DNA of 35,419 nt from positions 13,060 through 48,478 of the forward strand of contig CAZKOU010000001.1 in NCBI GenBank assembly GCA_964554505.1. The letters are read 5' to 3'. A model generated the notes under the pieces. That model was given only the letters and a program-made list of their open reading frames with translations, did no database searches and was not told the DNA's origin. The position numbers were made by a program, and so were the translations under genes. Shown here one piece after another: positions 24,648 to 35,094 of this stretch. The DNA comes from an uncultured Candidatus Saccharibacteria bacterium. Lineage in GTDB: Bacteria; Patescibacteriota; UBA1384; CAZKOU01. Every line of letters begins with the position of its first letter. Positions within the stretch are counted from its first letter, which is position 1.

Positions 24648-25997
24648 TCAAGGGCTGATTAATTTTACGAGTTCTTCGGTTTTTTGTTTCAATAACTCTG
24701 GGCTGTCGGCTTCCAGATTTAATCTAAGTAATGGTTCGGTGTTGGAGGCCCTTAAGTTAAAGCGCCATTGGCGGTCAAACTCCACCGACAAACCATCAAT
24801 TAAATCCTGCCGGCCGTTTTGATATTTTTTCTTAATTTTATTAATCATTGCCTTTTTATTTCCGACTTCAAAATTGATTTCTCCCGACACAAAATATTTA
24901 GAGGTCAGCGGCGAAAGAATGCTTGACAATTTTTCATCACTCTTATTCAGGATTTTAAGCATCAACCAAAAGGGAATCATCCCGTTATCCGCATAAAAAT
25001 TGTCCTTGAAGTAATAATGGGCAGACATCTCGCCGGCAAATAAAGCTTTTTCTTTACGCATACGTTCTTTTATAAAAGTATGACCGGTCTTAGCAATGAT
25101 AGGCACGCCCTTGCTTGCTTTGACAGTGTCCAAAACCGCCCATGTTAAGCGCGGGTCGGAAATAATTTTGGCGCCGGGATTTTCTTTCAATAATTCTTGA
25201 GACAAAAAAGCGGTAATAAAATAACCCTCAATAAAATTTCCTTTTTCGTCAAAGAAAAAGCAGCGGTCCGCATCCGCGTCCCAAGCCACGCCAAAATCCG
25301 CTTTATTTTTTAAAATGGTCTTAATGGTTTCGGCGCGATTTTCCGGACGCAAGGGGTCTGGCCTTCCTTTAGGGAAAGTGCCGTCTGGCTTAAAATTAAG
25401 CTTAATCCACTCAATCGGTAAATCCTTAGTCAATTTTTCAACCACCAGTCCGGCTAAACCAAAGTTGGCATTGCCCACAACTGTAAAGGGGCGGCTCTTT
25501 TTTAAATCCGCAAATTTTTGAATGTGTTTTAAATAATCAACCAAAATATTTTTCTTAAAAACCTTGCCCTTGAGCACTTTCAATGTGGGCTTATTTCTGA
25601 AAGCTAATTTTTTAATTTCCAAAAGACCGCTGTCAGAAGAAATAGCCACGCTTTTCTTCCTAACCATTTTAATGCCATTATATTCCGCTGGATTATGCGA
25701 GCCGCTGATGGTCAAGCCGCCGTCAAAACCGTAAAAAGCCACGGCAAAATAAAGCATATCTGTGGAGATAATGCCGATGTCAACAACTGAAACACCCGCC
25801 TCAATAAATCCTTTGAGAGCCGCCTTAAAAAGTGCTGCTCCGTGCCATCTGACATCGCGACCCAAAACCACTTTTTGGGGCTTGACAAAACGAACATAGG
25901 CCTGCGCAATATCATAAACCGCTTCTTCGTTAATTTCGGAAGGATAAATCCCCCGAATATCAAGGGCGTGAAAAATTTCCGGCCGCCAAGTTTTCAT
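24648..25997 (-). CDS. Phosphomannomutase/phosphoglucomutase (alpha-D-phosphohexomutase family)
   Basis: ISGSHNPAEYNGIK phosphoserine loop, WDADADR Mg site, GEMSAH sugar-binding loop. Confidence 0.9.
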   Translation of the reverse strand: MKTWRPEIFHALDIRGIYPSEINEEAVYDIAQAYVRFVKPQKVVLGRDVRWHGAALFKAALKGFIEAGVSVVDIGIISTDMLYFAVAFYGFDGGLTISGSHNPAEYNGIKMVRKKSVAISSDSGLLEIKKLAFRNKPTLKVLKGKVFKKNILVDYLKHIQKFADLKKSRPFTVVGNANFGLAGLVVEKLTKDLPIEWIKLNFKPDGTFPKGRPDPLRPENRAETIKTILKNKADFGVAWDADADRCFFFDEKGNFIEGYFITAFLSQELLKENPGAKIISDPRLTWAVLDTVKASKGVPIIAKTGHTFIKERMRKEKALFAGEMSAHYYFKDNFYADNGMIPFWLMLKILNKSDEKLSSILSPLTSKYFVSGEINFEVGNKKAMINKIKKKYQNGRQDLIDGLSVEFDRQWRFNLRASNTEPLLRLNLEADSPELLKQKTEELVKLISP

Positions 25998-26014
25998 TGC
26001 TTCTTTATTCTAAC

Positions 26015-26060
26015 ATTGAAAATTGAAAAATTAAATATTGAAAAATTGGAAAATTGAAAA
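26015..26060. repeat. Six tandem ATTGAAA(A) units in the divergent pmm/pyrG control region
   Basis: ATTGAAA ATTGAAAA ATTAAAT ATTGAAAA ATTGGAAA ATTGAAAA, read directly from the sequence. Confidence 0.9.
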
Positions 26061-26084
26061 TTTTTTAGAATGTATTTCATTTAT

Positions 26085-26112
26085 TTGACAATAAAACTAA
26101 GTGTTGTATCGT
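26085..26112 (+). promoter_or_regulatory. Sigma70-like promoter (TTGACA-N16-TATCGT) for pyrG
   Basis: Perfect -35 at 26085-26090 and a weak -10 at 26107-26112, 14 nt before the ATG. Confidence 0.4.
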
Positions 26113-26126
26113 ATTCTTAGAGAAGC

Positions 26127-27728
26127 ATGAAAACGAAATATATCTTTGTCACAGGCGGGATTGTTTCCGGCATTGGCAAGGGAACAACAGTTGCCTCTCT
26201 GGGGCGTCTTTTTTTATCGCGGGGGAAAGAAGTGGCTTTGGTTAAAATAGACCCCTATCTTAACCGCGACGCCGGCACTATGAATCCTTTTCAGCACGGT
26301 GAAGTATTTGTGACTGAAGATGGTACGGAAACGGATTTAGACCTGGGACATTATGAACGTTTTTTGAATAAAAATCTAAACCGGCTTTCTAACTTTACCA
26401 CGGGCACTGTTTATGAAACCGTAACTAAGCGAGAGCGCCAAGGGGCTTTTTTGGGCAAGACCATCCAGATTATTCCTCATATTACGGACGAAATTAAACG
26501 GCGCATTAGAGAGGCCGGCCAGCCGAACAAAGCGGATTTAGTGATTTGTGAAATCGGCGGCACTATCGGCGACATTGAAGGCCTGCCTTTTCTTGAAGCC
26601 ATCCGCCAAATGAAAAAAGATGTTGGCGCTGAAAATGTGGCTTATATTCATGTGGTCAAAATTGATTATATTTATCCCTCTGGTGAAGCCAAAACCAAAC
26701 CCATTCAACATTCGGTGCAGGCACTGCGCGGCCTGGGCATCCAGCCCGATATTTTGGTTACCCGCTGTAGAAAAAACATTCCGCCAGAAATAAAAGAAAA
26801 AATAACTCTTTTCTGCGGTATCGGAGTGGAAGATGTTATTGAAGCGCCTAATATGTCATCTATTTATGCAATTCCTCTTGCCCTGGAAACTAATGGATTA
26901 GGCAAGGCCGTGGAAAAAATTTTAGGCCTGCCAACGCGCCAGCCGAAATTGAAGGACTGGTCATCTATGATTAATAAACTCAAAAAACCTCAAGGCGAGG
27001 TGACTATTGCCTTAATTGGCAAATACTTAGACCACCCGGATGCCTATATTTCGGTTGTCGAGGCATTACATCACGGCGGCATCGCCAATCAGGTTAAGAT
27101 AAAATTAAAAGCAGTTGATTCTGAAAAAATCAAAGAGGGCAACTTAAGTAAATTTTTTCAAAACGTTAATGGCGTGGTGGTCCCGGGCGGCTTTGGTATC
27201 CGGGGCATTGAAGGAAAGGTAAGAGCAATCCAATATGCCCGTGAAAATAAAATTCCTTTTTTGGGTCTTTGTCTGGGTTTACAAACAGCTGTAATTGAAT
27301 ATGCCCGTCACAAAATAGGTCTAAAAGGGGCTAATTCCACAGAGTTTGACGCGGCTACTCCCCACCCCGTGATTGACATTCTGCCCGAACAAAAAAAAGT
27401 CAGAAAAATGGGTGGCACGATGCGCTTGGGCTCTTATTCTGCTCATCTTAAACCGCATAGTTTAATCGCCAATCTTTATCAAAATGAACTTATCAGCGAA
27501 CGGCATCGCCACCGGTTTGAGGTTAATCCTTATTATCATAAAATCTTAAATCAAAATGGTTTAATCTTTTCAGGAACCTCTAAAGACGGACTCTTGGTTG
27601 AGTTCATTGAATTAGACCAAAAATATCATCCTTTTTTCGCGGCTACCCAAGCGCATCCGGAATTTAAGTCCCGTCCAGATAGTGCTCATCCTCTTTTTAA
27701 GGGGTTGGTTGCGGCGGCTCTCCGTTAG
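26127..27728 (+). CDS. pyrG: CTP synthase
   Basis: KYIFVTGGIVSGIGKG; GATase triad context GLCLGLQ and HPEF; 533 aa. Confidence 0.95.
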   Translation: MKTKYIFVTGGIVSGIGKGTTVASLGRLFLSRGKEVALVKIDPYLNRDAGTMNPFQHGEVFVTEDGTETDLDLGHYERFLNKNLNRLSNFTTGTVYETVTKRERQGAFLGKTIQIIPHITDEIKRRIREAGQPNKADLVICEIGGTIGDIEGLPFLEAIRQMKKDVGAENVAYIHVVKIDYIYPSGEAKTKPIQHSVQALRGLGIQPDILVTRCRKNIPPEIKEKITLFCGIGVEDVIEAPNMSSIYAIPLALETNGLGKAVEKILGLPTRQPKLKDWSSMINKLKKPQGEVTIALIGKYLDHPDAYISVVEALHHGGIANQVKIKLKAVDSEKIKEGNLSKFFQNVNGVVVPGGFGIRGIEGKVRAIQYARENKIPFLGLCLGLQTAVIEYARHKIGLKGANSTEFDAATPHPVIDILPEQKKVRKMGGTMRLGSYSAHLKPHSLIANLYQNELISERHRHRFEVNPYYHKILNQNGLIFSGTSKDGLLVEFIELDQKYHPFFAATQAHPEFKSRPDSAHPLFKGLVAAALR

Positions 27729-29484
27729 GCGCGGGCTCGGACGAGGTCTCTTCTTTAGTGCCCACTTTGTACTTTGCCTTCCAAGGCACATAATGGCTTT
27801 TGAAGGTTTTTTGCTCAATTATTTTACCGCCCAAGGTAACTTTATAGTAAAAAACCGCGTCAGCGCCATTTACGGCTTTTTCGATTTGCTTGGTTTCGCC
27901 CTTAGGCAAAGTGGAATCCTCAATATAAATGGGGTCGCCGGGCTGCTTAAAGTTGAAAACTTGGGGTTGGGTAATCTCTATTTGCCGACTGTCTTTAGCG
28001 CCAAAAAAATCAAATGTGATGGAGGTTTCGTCTGTCTTGGCTTGAATTAAAATATAAGCAAGGGTGTTATTTTTGAATTTAAGGTCGGGCCGTGGCGAAT
28101 AAATAGTGGCGTCCATACCGACCGGCGGTTCATAGTAACGCACGCGGAAAGAATGATTCTGCCTCTCTATAATTTCCAAACCGCTGTTTAAGGCGGCGCG
28201 GAATAAAGTGGTGGAAACCTGACACAATCCACCCCCGACTTCAGGAATTAAGCGGTCTTCTTTAATAACCAATTCCGGTAAAAATCCCTGCTCTGAACTG
28301 ACCGCGCCTAAAACGTCTAAAGTAGAAAAAGTTTCCCCGGGCTTAATTAAAAGACCGTTAAAAAAAGAAGCGCCCACTTGAATATTATGAATGCGATTTT
28401 GAGGGCTTCCTTTGAAAGAAGTCGTGGCCTTGCCAATACTTTCTTTAACGCCAAAATCATTAACCGTCTCGGTTCTAACCGGCGCCTTGATGACCTTGAC
28501 GGGCAAAATAATTTCCTGCCCATTATCGCCTATAGCTTTTTCAATCAGTGAAACAGCTTTTTCTCTTTCCAATAAAAGCCCGTCCTGACTGGGTTGAAAA
28601 ATGACCACTCTTCCCTCTTCCATTTTTAATTTGGCATCAATGGTGGACCGGTCAATTTTTTTCGCCAATGTTTCAATGTAAGAACGAATTTTTTCCTGAT
28701 TAATGACAAATTTTAATTCCCCCCTCTCGTTAACAAATTCCAGCCACTCCTCCTTAATCTCGTGTCCCAGCTCTTCTTTTAGGTTATCGGTCTTTAGAAT
28801 AATTTCCTGACTCAAAAATTCCTTAGCCAATGCTTGGGCTTTCAAAGTATTTTCTTTTCTCACTTTTGGCAAAACTAAAACGGTATTTTCAACTATCTCT
28901 CTTTTATCTAAATGGTTGATTTTAAAAACTACCTCCTTAAGCAACTTTTTGTCATTTAGAACCCTTCCCTCTCTTTCGGCTAAAACTTCTACTTTACCAT
29001 TATTCAATGTTAAGGTGGCATCTCTAACAGCCACTTCTTCTTTTTGCTTAATGTCTAAAAGCCATTTATTTAATTTTTCTTCGTCATAATCAAAAACAGG
29101 GCTTACTTTCTTTCGGCCTAAAATCAAATAAAACTGCTCTTTAATGGCAGAGGGCAAACTTTTACTGCGCCCAAATTGATAAATTTTTTCAGCGGTTTGA
29201 GCAGTATCGTATTTTAAATTAAGGTCTGAAAAAAAGAGTGTATATTTTCGGTCATCAATTTTCAAAACTAAAGTTTCTTTTTCAAACACAGCAAGATAGG
29301 GGCTGATTAAATCTATTATTTGGACTCTTTGCTTCCCCCCTAAATTAAGCTCGCCTAAATAGACCCGGGCAAAAACCTTGTTTTGAAAGAAAAATTCAAA
29401 GAACGCCAAAGAGGCGGCTAATAAAACTATTGCCACCGAAAAGATGACCCAAAATTTTTCACGAGAGCGCTGACCTTTGCTCAT
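27697..29484 (-). CDS. VanW-family protein with an N-terminal membrane anchor and C-terminal G5-like domain
   Basis: GGGLCQVSTTLFRAALNSGLEIIERQNH VanW core, N-terminal TM helix, Pro-rich tail. The 3' end overlaps convergent pyrG by 32 nt. Confidence 0.8.
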   Translation of the reverse strand: MSKGQRSREKFWVIFSVAIVLLAASLAFFEFFFQNKVFARVYLGELNLGGKQRVQIIDLISPYLAVFEKETLVLKIDDRKYTLFFSDLNLKYDTAQTAEKIYQFGRSKSLPSAIKEQFYLILGRKKVSPVFDYDEEKLNKWLLDIKQKEEVAVRDATLTLNNGKVEVLAEREGRVLNDKKLLKEVVFKINHLDKREIVENTVLVLPKVRKENTLKAQALAKEFLSQEIILKTDNLKEELGHEIKEEWLEFVNERGELKFVINQEKIRSYIETLAKKIDRSTIDAKLKMEEGRVVIFQPSQDGLLLEREKAVSLIEKAIGDNGQEIILPVKVIKAPVRTETVNDFGVKESIGKATTSFKGSPQNRIHNIQVGASFFNGLLIKPGETFSTLDVLGAVSSEQGFLPELVIKEDRLIPEVGGGLCQVSTTLFRAALNSGLEIIERQNHSFRVRYYEPPVGMDATIYSPRPDLKFKNNTLAYILIQAKTDETSITFDFFGAKDSRQIEITQPQVFNFKQPGDPIYIEDSTLPKGETKQIEKAVNGADAVFYYKVTLGGKIIEQKTFKSHYVPWKAKYKVGTKEETSSEPAPNGEPPQPTP

Positions 29485-29494
29485 TACTTATAGT

Positions 29495-31456
29495 TTAAAC
29501 GATGAACGAGATGATGAGAAGAGCGACAATGTTAAGCACCTTAATCATTGGATTAATGGCCGGGCCTGCCGTGTCTTTGTAGGGGTCGCCTACAGTATCG
29601 CCGGTGATTGAGGCCTGATGGGCCAAACTTCCCTTACCGCCAAGATTTCCTTCCTCAATATATTTTTTAGCATTGTCCCAAGCCGCGCCGCCCGTGGTCA
29701 TAGAAATCGCCAAAAAAAGCCCGGTTACAATTGCGCCCACCAACAAACCGCCAAGCACAACCGGCCCCAAGATAAAACCTACAATCAAAGGCGCGACAAT
29801 GGGAATCAAGCCCGGCAAAATCATTTGAATAAGCGCTTCGCGCGTGACAATATCCACCGCTCTTTTATAATCCGGCTTGGCTTTGCCTTCTAAGATACCG
29901 GGAATATTTTTGAACTGGCGACGCACTTCTTTGACAATACTGCCGGCGGCTTTCCCGACCGCCTCAATGGCGTAAGCCGAAAAAATGTAAGGCAACAGTC
30001 CGCCGATAAAAAGCCCAATTAAGACCTTGGTGTCAAAAAGAGAAAAACTAAATTCCCTGCCCGTGATTTTATTTAAGTCGGTCACATAAGCAGTAAATAA
30101 AACCAAAGCCGCCAAGCCAGCCGAACCAATGGCGTAGGACTTAGTCACTGCCTTGGTGGTATTGCCGACCGCGTCCAAAGCATCCGTGGTTTTTCTCACT
30201 TCCTCGCTCAAACCCGCCATTTCAGCAATGCCGCCGGCGTTGTCGGTAATGGGACCGTAAGCGTCAATCGCCACCACCATGCCGGTTAAAGAAAGCATGG
30301 AAAAAGAAGCCAAAGCAATGCCAAAAAGACCAGCCAGTTGAAAAGAGGCAAAGATGCCCGCGGAAATTAAAAGCAAAGGCCAAAAGGTTGATTTTAAAGA
30401 CAAGGCCAAACCGGCAATAACATTAGTGGCATGACCGGTCTCCGAGGCAGCGGCTAATCTTCTGACTGGCCAATAATTTTTACCAGTGAAAAATTCAGCA
30501 ATATAGACCAAGCCAGCGCTGATAATTAAGCCAATTATAGTAGAAAGATAAAGATTTAGCGGCGAAGGATGAAAATAGCGAAGCAGGGGGTAGAACAAAA
30601 TAGCGGAAAAGAGCGCGGCGGCCAACAATCCGCCGTATAAAGCGAGCATTATCTTTTTGCCGCGCAAGCGCACAAAAAATGTCGCCAAAAAAGAAGCCAA
30701 AATAGCCGCTCCCCCCAAACTTAAAATCATTAACACTTCCTTACTTAAAAGAATGGCGGCTGTGGCCGTGACTAAATATGTCTCAAATAAATCCGCGGCC
30801 ATACCGGCATCGTCGCCCACATTATCGCCGACATTATCGGCAATCACCGCGGGGTTTCGGGGGTCATCTTCCGGAAAGCCGGCTTCAATTTTACCCACTA
30901 AGTCCGCGCCCACATCCGCGGCTTTGGTAAAAATTCCCCCGCCTAAACGAGCAAAGATAGAAATTAAAGAACCCCCCAAAGAAAGACCAATCAAAGCATT
31001 AATGTCGCGAGTGAATAAATAAATAATCGTTAAAGATAGAAGCGCCAAACCAACCACGGCAAAGCCGGTTACCGAACCGCCGGCAAAGGCAAGGTTAAGC
31101 GCTCCTTTCAGTCCTTTATGAGCAATCGCCGCTACCCGGACATTGGTTTTAGTGGCAGTGAGCATTCCCCAAAAACCGCAAAGCGCGGAAAAAAAAGCGC
31201 CTAACAAAAATCCCAAAGCCATTTTGTAAGACAAGACCAAGCCCAAAATAATTGCCACTGGCATAGCCACGGCTAAAATAGTCAGATACTGACGGCGCAA
31301 ATAAGCCAAAGCGCCCTGCTCAATAGCCAAGGCGATTTCCTGCATCTTAGGCGTGCCTGCGTCTTTTTTCAAAATCAAATAAGTTTGCGCTAAACAATAA
31401 GCAATCGCTAAAAATGACGCGCTGAAAATAAAAATCCAAAAAATTATCTCACTCAT
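29495..31456 (-). CDS. hppA: Membrane-integral pyrophosphatase, K+-independent H+-translocating type
   Basis: [30 protein letters not shown] has Lys at the position that distinguishes K+-independent enzymes. About 16 TM helices. Confidence 0.95.
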   Translation of the reverse strand: MSEIIFWIFIFSASFLAIAYCLAQTYLILKKDAGTPKMQEIALAIEQGALAYLRRQYLTILAVAMPVAIILGLVLSYKMALGFLLGAFFSALCGFWGMLTATKTNVRVAAIAHKGLKGALNLAFAGGSVTGFAVVGLALLSLTIIYLFTRDINALIGLSLGGSLISIFARLGGGIFTKAADVGADLVGKIEAGFPEDDPRNPAVIADNVGDNVGDDAGMAADLFETYLVTATAAILLSKEVLMILSLGGAAILASFLATFFVRLRGKKIMLALYGGLLAAALFSAILFYPLLRYFHPSPLNLYLSTIIGLIISAGLVYIAEFFTGKNYWPVRRLAAASETGHATNVIAGLALSLKSTFWPLLLISAGIFASFQLAGLFGIALASFSMLSLTGMVVAIDAYGPITDNAGGIAEMAGLSEEVRKTTDALDAVGNTTKAVTKSYAIGSAGLAALVLFTAYVTDLNKITGREFSFSLFDTKVLIGLFIGGLLPYIFSAYAIEAVGKAAGSIVKEVRRQFKNIPGILEGKAKPDYKRAVDIVTREALIQMILPGLIPIVAPLIVGFILGPVVLGGLLVGAIVTGLFLAISMTTGGAAWDNAKKYIEEGNLGGKGSLAHQASITGDTVGDPYKDTAGPAINPMIKVLNIVALLIISFIV

Positions 31457-32606
31457 TTGCCACCTCTTCGTATAATTGCTTAGTTTCCCGAGCGGTTTTT
31501 GTCCAGGAAAATCTGGTTAAATTAATTTCGGCTTCCTTTTTCAATTTAGTTGAAATTAACCGGTCTGTCAATAATAAATTAATCTTCTGGGCCATATCTT
31601 GGGGGTCTTTGGGGTCAAAATACAAGGCGGATTTGCCTAAAATTTCCGGCAGGCAGGAAAGATTGGAAGAAGCCACCACCGCTCCGTTTTGGGCGGCTTC
31701 TAACTGCGGCAGGCCAAAACCCTCATAAAGCGAGGGCGAGACAAAAACAGAGCACAATTGGTAAAGAGCGGCTAACTCAAAATCAGAAACAAAGCCGGGA
31801 GTGATAATGGATTTTTTCTCCGCGCTTTGTTCCAACAATTTTTTAATTTCGGGGAAATGTGGATTGGACTCGCCCGTGATGACTAAAAGAATATCCTGAT
31901 TTAATTTTTGACGCAAAATTTCAAAAGCCCTAATTAAATATTGCAGGCCTTTATGCGGCCGCCATTGCGAAACAAAAAGCAAAAAGGGTTTTTCCAACTT
32001 AAGATTTTTCTTAATCTGGGCAGTAGTTAAAGTATCGCTTTTTAACTTCTCCCCCGCTCCCTCATAAATCACCTTGACTTTTTGCGGCTCGGCTTTAAAC
32101 TCTTTAATAAAATCATTTTTGGTATTCTTTGAAACCGCAATCACGCGTCTGGCACGCACCGCGGCATGTTTAAAAATCCAGCGCATTATTAATCGCCGCA
32201 GAAACGATTTTTGACTCTTGCCCTGCGGGAAGTAAAGCATGGTCAAATCGTGAATAGTAACAATAAACTTTCCCGAATAGAAAATGGGGTGGTTAAAATT
32301 TAAAAAATGCATAAGGTCTAAATTGTATTTTTTTAAAATCGCCGGTAGTTTTGTTTGTTCAGACAGGGAATAATGAGAAATCGGCACAATCACTTTTTCC
32401 AAGTTGGACGCGACTAACTTTTCGGCTTCAGTTTTGTCGTCTGGTGTTAAAAATAAAACATATTGATTTTGCTTATCAAAACCTAAAAGATTTTTGACCA
32501 ATTCCTGCGTATAGCGAGAAAGCCCGGCCGTTTTGCGGCGGAAAAAACGTCCGTCCAAACCAATTCTTAGCGGCCTGTCTCGGCGGCGGGTCGACTGATT
32601 TGCCAT
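31449..32606 (-). CDS. GT-B fold glycosyltransferase, family 4
   Basis: RIGLDGRFF start and [14 protein letters not shown] (E-x7-E) motif. 8-nt overlap (ATGAGTGA) with the hppA start. Confidence 0.85.
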   Translation of the reverse strand: MANQSTRRRDRPLRIGLDGRFFRRKTAGLSRYTQELVKNLLGFDKQNQYVLFLTPDDKTEAEKLVASNLEKVIVPISHYSLSEQTKLPAILKKYNLDLMHFLNFNHPIFYSGKFIVTIHDLTMLYFPQGKSQKSFLRRLIMRWIFKHAAVRARRVIAVSKNTKNDFIKEFKAEPQKVKVIYEGAGEKLKSDTLTTAQIKKNLKLEKPFLLFVSQWRPHKGLQYLIRAFEILRQKLNQDILLVITGESNPHFPEIKKLLEQSAEKKSIITPGFVSDFELAALYQLCSVFVSPSLYEGFGLPQLEAAQNGAVVASSNLSCLPEILGKSALYFDPKDPQDMAQKINLLLTDRLISTKLKKEAEINLTRFSWTKTARETKQLYEEVANE

Positions 32607-34021
32607 AGCACTAAATCCTTTTTTTCTTTATCTAAACCCAAGTTTATTTTACTGACTTTCAGGTCTTCCGGCAATCCTTCAAGGGGATTTTTCGCATAAG
32701 TTACATCATAAAACCAAACGCGTTTCTGGCTTTGAAGTATTTCTTTAATTTTGGTCGCAGGTTTTTCTTGACGCAAAATGTGTAAATTGCCCGGCTGATA
32801 ATAATCGCCTAACATATCAACCACCAACAACTGTGGTTTTTTTTCTTTATTCAATTTTTGATAATAATAATTAAAAACAAACTCCTCTCCGCCGGTAAAA
32901 CTGCCGCGAAGCACTAAGGCGTCGCCTTCTTTTTGTTCTTCTAAAACTTTAGCGGCTAAACGGTCCACGGCCGCGGCCCTGTTTTCCCGCGCGAAATGGT
33001 CAAAATCAGCGGCGAAAAAAATGAGGAAAATTAGAAGAGTCCAAAACCAGCGCCCGCGGCTTGCGATTACCCCCTTAGCCACAAAAATAAGGTAAATGGG
33101 AAAAAGAAAAATTAAATAACGGGTAGCTTTGGGTCCGATTTCAGAAACAAAAACGCTTAAAATCAAAACCAATACAAAAAAAAGAAAAAGGGCTTTTAGA
33201 AAATCACTCTTTTTTTCTCTAAGTCCTCGAATAAAAAACCAAAGAAAAATTAAAAAGATTAAAAGGGGTAAAAAACCAAATTCATTTTTTAGGTCCAAAA
33301 AAAGCCGGCCCGCGCCAAAACGAAAAACCGCCCCGGCCACTCCCAAAAATGAATCAAAAAAAGAAACTTTCAAGGGCTGTTCCAATAAACGACCGCTTAT
33401 TTGATTTAAAAATAAAGGAAGATAAAGACCCCAAACCAATAAAAGAGCGAGGAGTTTATATATATAATGTAAGAGGAGTTGGCGGCGTTTGATTAAAAGG
33501 TAAACAAAATAGAAGGCAAGCCAAAACCAGCCCAGATGGTGTGTTAGAACCAATAATAAATTAACCAAACCAAAAGCCAGCCAGCGCTTAAAATTTTCTT
33601 TTGCCAAAAGTAAAAGGAAGAGAAAAAACGAAACCGCGGAAAGCAGAGCAAAGAGCGAATACATCCGCGCTTCCTGGTCAAAAAAAAGAAGATAGGGCGA
33701 GAAAGCCGCCAGCGTAGAAGCAAACAATGCAGTTTTTTGCTCAAAGATTTTACCAATTAAAAGATAAATAAAATAAACCAGCAAAACACCGCTTAAAGCG
33801 GAAAGAAAACGCGCCCAGAATTCAGACACACCAAAAAGATGAGTGATAATTCCCAATAAAAAAGGATAAAGCGGCGGATGAATATCCTTAGATAATTTTT
33901 GAATAAACTCTGCCCAATTCTGCCCAATTAAAATCATTGCCCCTTCGTCACCGTCAAAGGGACGCATTCCCAATGTGGCAAACCGCCAGGCAAAAGCTAA
34001 AAACAAAATCAAATTAATCAT
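32567..34021 (-). CDS. GT-C fold polytopic glycosyltransferase (PMT/ArnT-like, GT39/GT83)
   Basis: More than 10 TM helices. First-loop acidic motif FDGDEGAM. Soluble C-terminal domain. ATGA overlap with the GT2 stop gives the start at 34021. Confidence 0.75.
   Translation of the reverse strand: MINLILFLAFAWRFATLGMRPFDGDEGAMILIGQNWAEFIQKLSKDIHPPLYPFLLGIITHLFGVSEFWARFLSALSGVLLVYFIYLLIGKIFEQKTALFASTLAAFSPYLLFFDQEARMYSLFALLSAVSFFLFLLLLAKENFKRWLAFGLVNLLLVLTHHLGWFWLAFYFVYLLIKRRQLLLHYIYKLLALLLVWGLYLPLFLNQISGRLLEQPLKVSFFDSFLGVAGAVFRFGAGRLFLDLKNEFGFLPLLIFLIFLWFFIRGLREKKSDFLKALFLFFVLVLILSVFVSEIGPKATRYLIFLFPIYLIFVAKGVIASRGRWFWTLLIFLIFFAADFDHFARENRAAAVDRLAAKVLEEQKEGDALVLRGSFTGGEEFVFNYYYQKLNKEKKPQLLVVDMLGDYYQPGNLHILRQEKPATKIKEILQSQKRVWFYDVTYAKNPLEGLPEDLKVSKINLGLDKEKKDLVLWQISRPAAETGR
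33461..33473 (+). repeat. Copy 4 of the exact 13-mer TATATAATGTAAG (antisense to the GT-C gene)
   Basis: Read directly from the sequence. Followed by AGGAG and a 5-codon TTG ORF. Confidence 0.95.
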
Positions 34022-35094
34022 TTCCGAAAAACCCAATATTTACTACCCAAAAAATTCCAAAACATGGTAATCAAAACCGCCAAGGCCTTGGCGAGATTAT
34101 ACCAAAAACCCAAATAACGAATAAAGGCAGAATAGATAAGAAAGTTAAAAAAAGCGCCTAAACCATTAATGATAGTAAATTTCACATATTCTTTTGCTAC
34201 CTTAGGAGAATTGGAACGAAAAGTAAATCGGCGATTCCAGTAAAAACTACTGGTTAAAGCGAGGGTTAATGAGAGCGCGCCAGCCAGATAAACATTTAAA
34301 TGAAAAACCAAAACCAATATATTCAAAGCGCCAAAATCTAAAATAGCGTTAAACGCTCCCACTAAACCGAACTTAATAAATTGTCTGATGCCTTTTCGGC
34401 GCGCTGCTAATTTAAGCACTATTTTAGCCGAGCGCCAAAGTTCGCCGGCAATCTTTGACTCTCCCAAATGCCTGTCAGTAAAAATAATGGGAATTTCCTG
34501 CACTAAAAAACCATTATTTTGCGCTTGATAGACGGTTTCCACTTGAAAAGCATAACCGCTGGATTCTAATTTTTGCAAAGCGAGATGCTCTAAAAATCTT
34601 TTAGAGTAGCGCTTAAAGCCCGCAGTGGCATCTTTCGGCTTCAATCCCAAAAGAAAACGCGTTACAAAATTAGCCCCACGGCTATTGATAAGCCGCTTAA
34701 AATCCCAACCCTCTACTCTCCCCCCTTTGATGTAACGCGAGCCAATCACCAAGTCAATTTTAGAGTCAACATTGAGCAGGCGGAGAATATCCGCCGGATT
34801 GTGCGAAAAGTCCGCGTCCATGGAAATCACAAAATCGTAACCACGCTTTAACGCCCATTCAAAACCCGCCCCATAGGCCTTGCCCAAGCCCTCTTTTTTT
34901 TCGCGATTCAATAAAAAAACCTTATGATTTCCTTTCGCCTCCGTCTCAACAAACTTACCGGTCCCATCCGGCGAATTATCGTCCACTACTAAAATATTAA
35001 GGTCATCGCCTTGACGCAAAACCGCTTGAATAATTTTTTCTATATTCTCCCGCTCATTGTAGGTGGGGATGATGACCAGTGTTTTCTTAGACAT
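34018..35094 (-). CDS. GT2 polyprenyl-phosphate sugar synthase (Ppm1/DPM1/ArnC-like) fused to a GtrA-like membrane domain
   Basis: IIPTYNERENI, VVDDNSPDGT and MDADFSH (DxD) motifs. The C-terminal 120 aa form four TM helices of GtrA type. Confidence 0.85.
   Translation of the reverse strand: MSKKTLVIIPTYNERENIEKIIQAVLRQGDDLNILVVDDNSPDGTGKFVETEAKGNHKVFLLNREKKEGLGKAYGAGFEWALKRGYDFVISMDADFSHNPADILRLLNVDSKIDLVIGSRYIKGGRVEGWDFKRLINSRGANFVTRFLLGLKPKDATAGFKRYSKRFLEHLALQKLESSGYAFQVETVYQAQNNGFLVQEIPIIFTDRHLGESKIAGELWRSAKIVLKLAARRKGIRQFIKFGLVGAFNAILDFGALNILVLVFHLNVYLAGALSLTLALTSSFYWNRRFTFRSNSPKVAKEYVKFTIINGLGAFFNFLIYSAFIRYLGFWYNLAKALAVLITMFWNFLGSKYWVFRK

Noticed and set aside
26015-26060. CRISPR-like or minisatellite array.
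   Set aside because: The units are only 7-8 nt with no spacers, and the total length is 46 nt. There are no cas genes in the window. It is simply a short tandem repeat in a promoter region.
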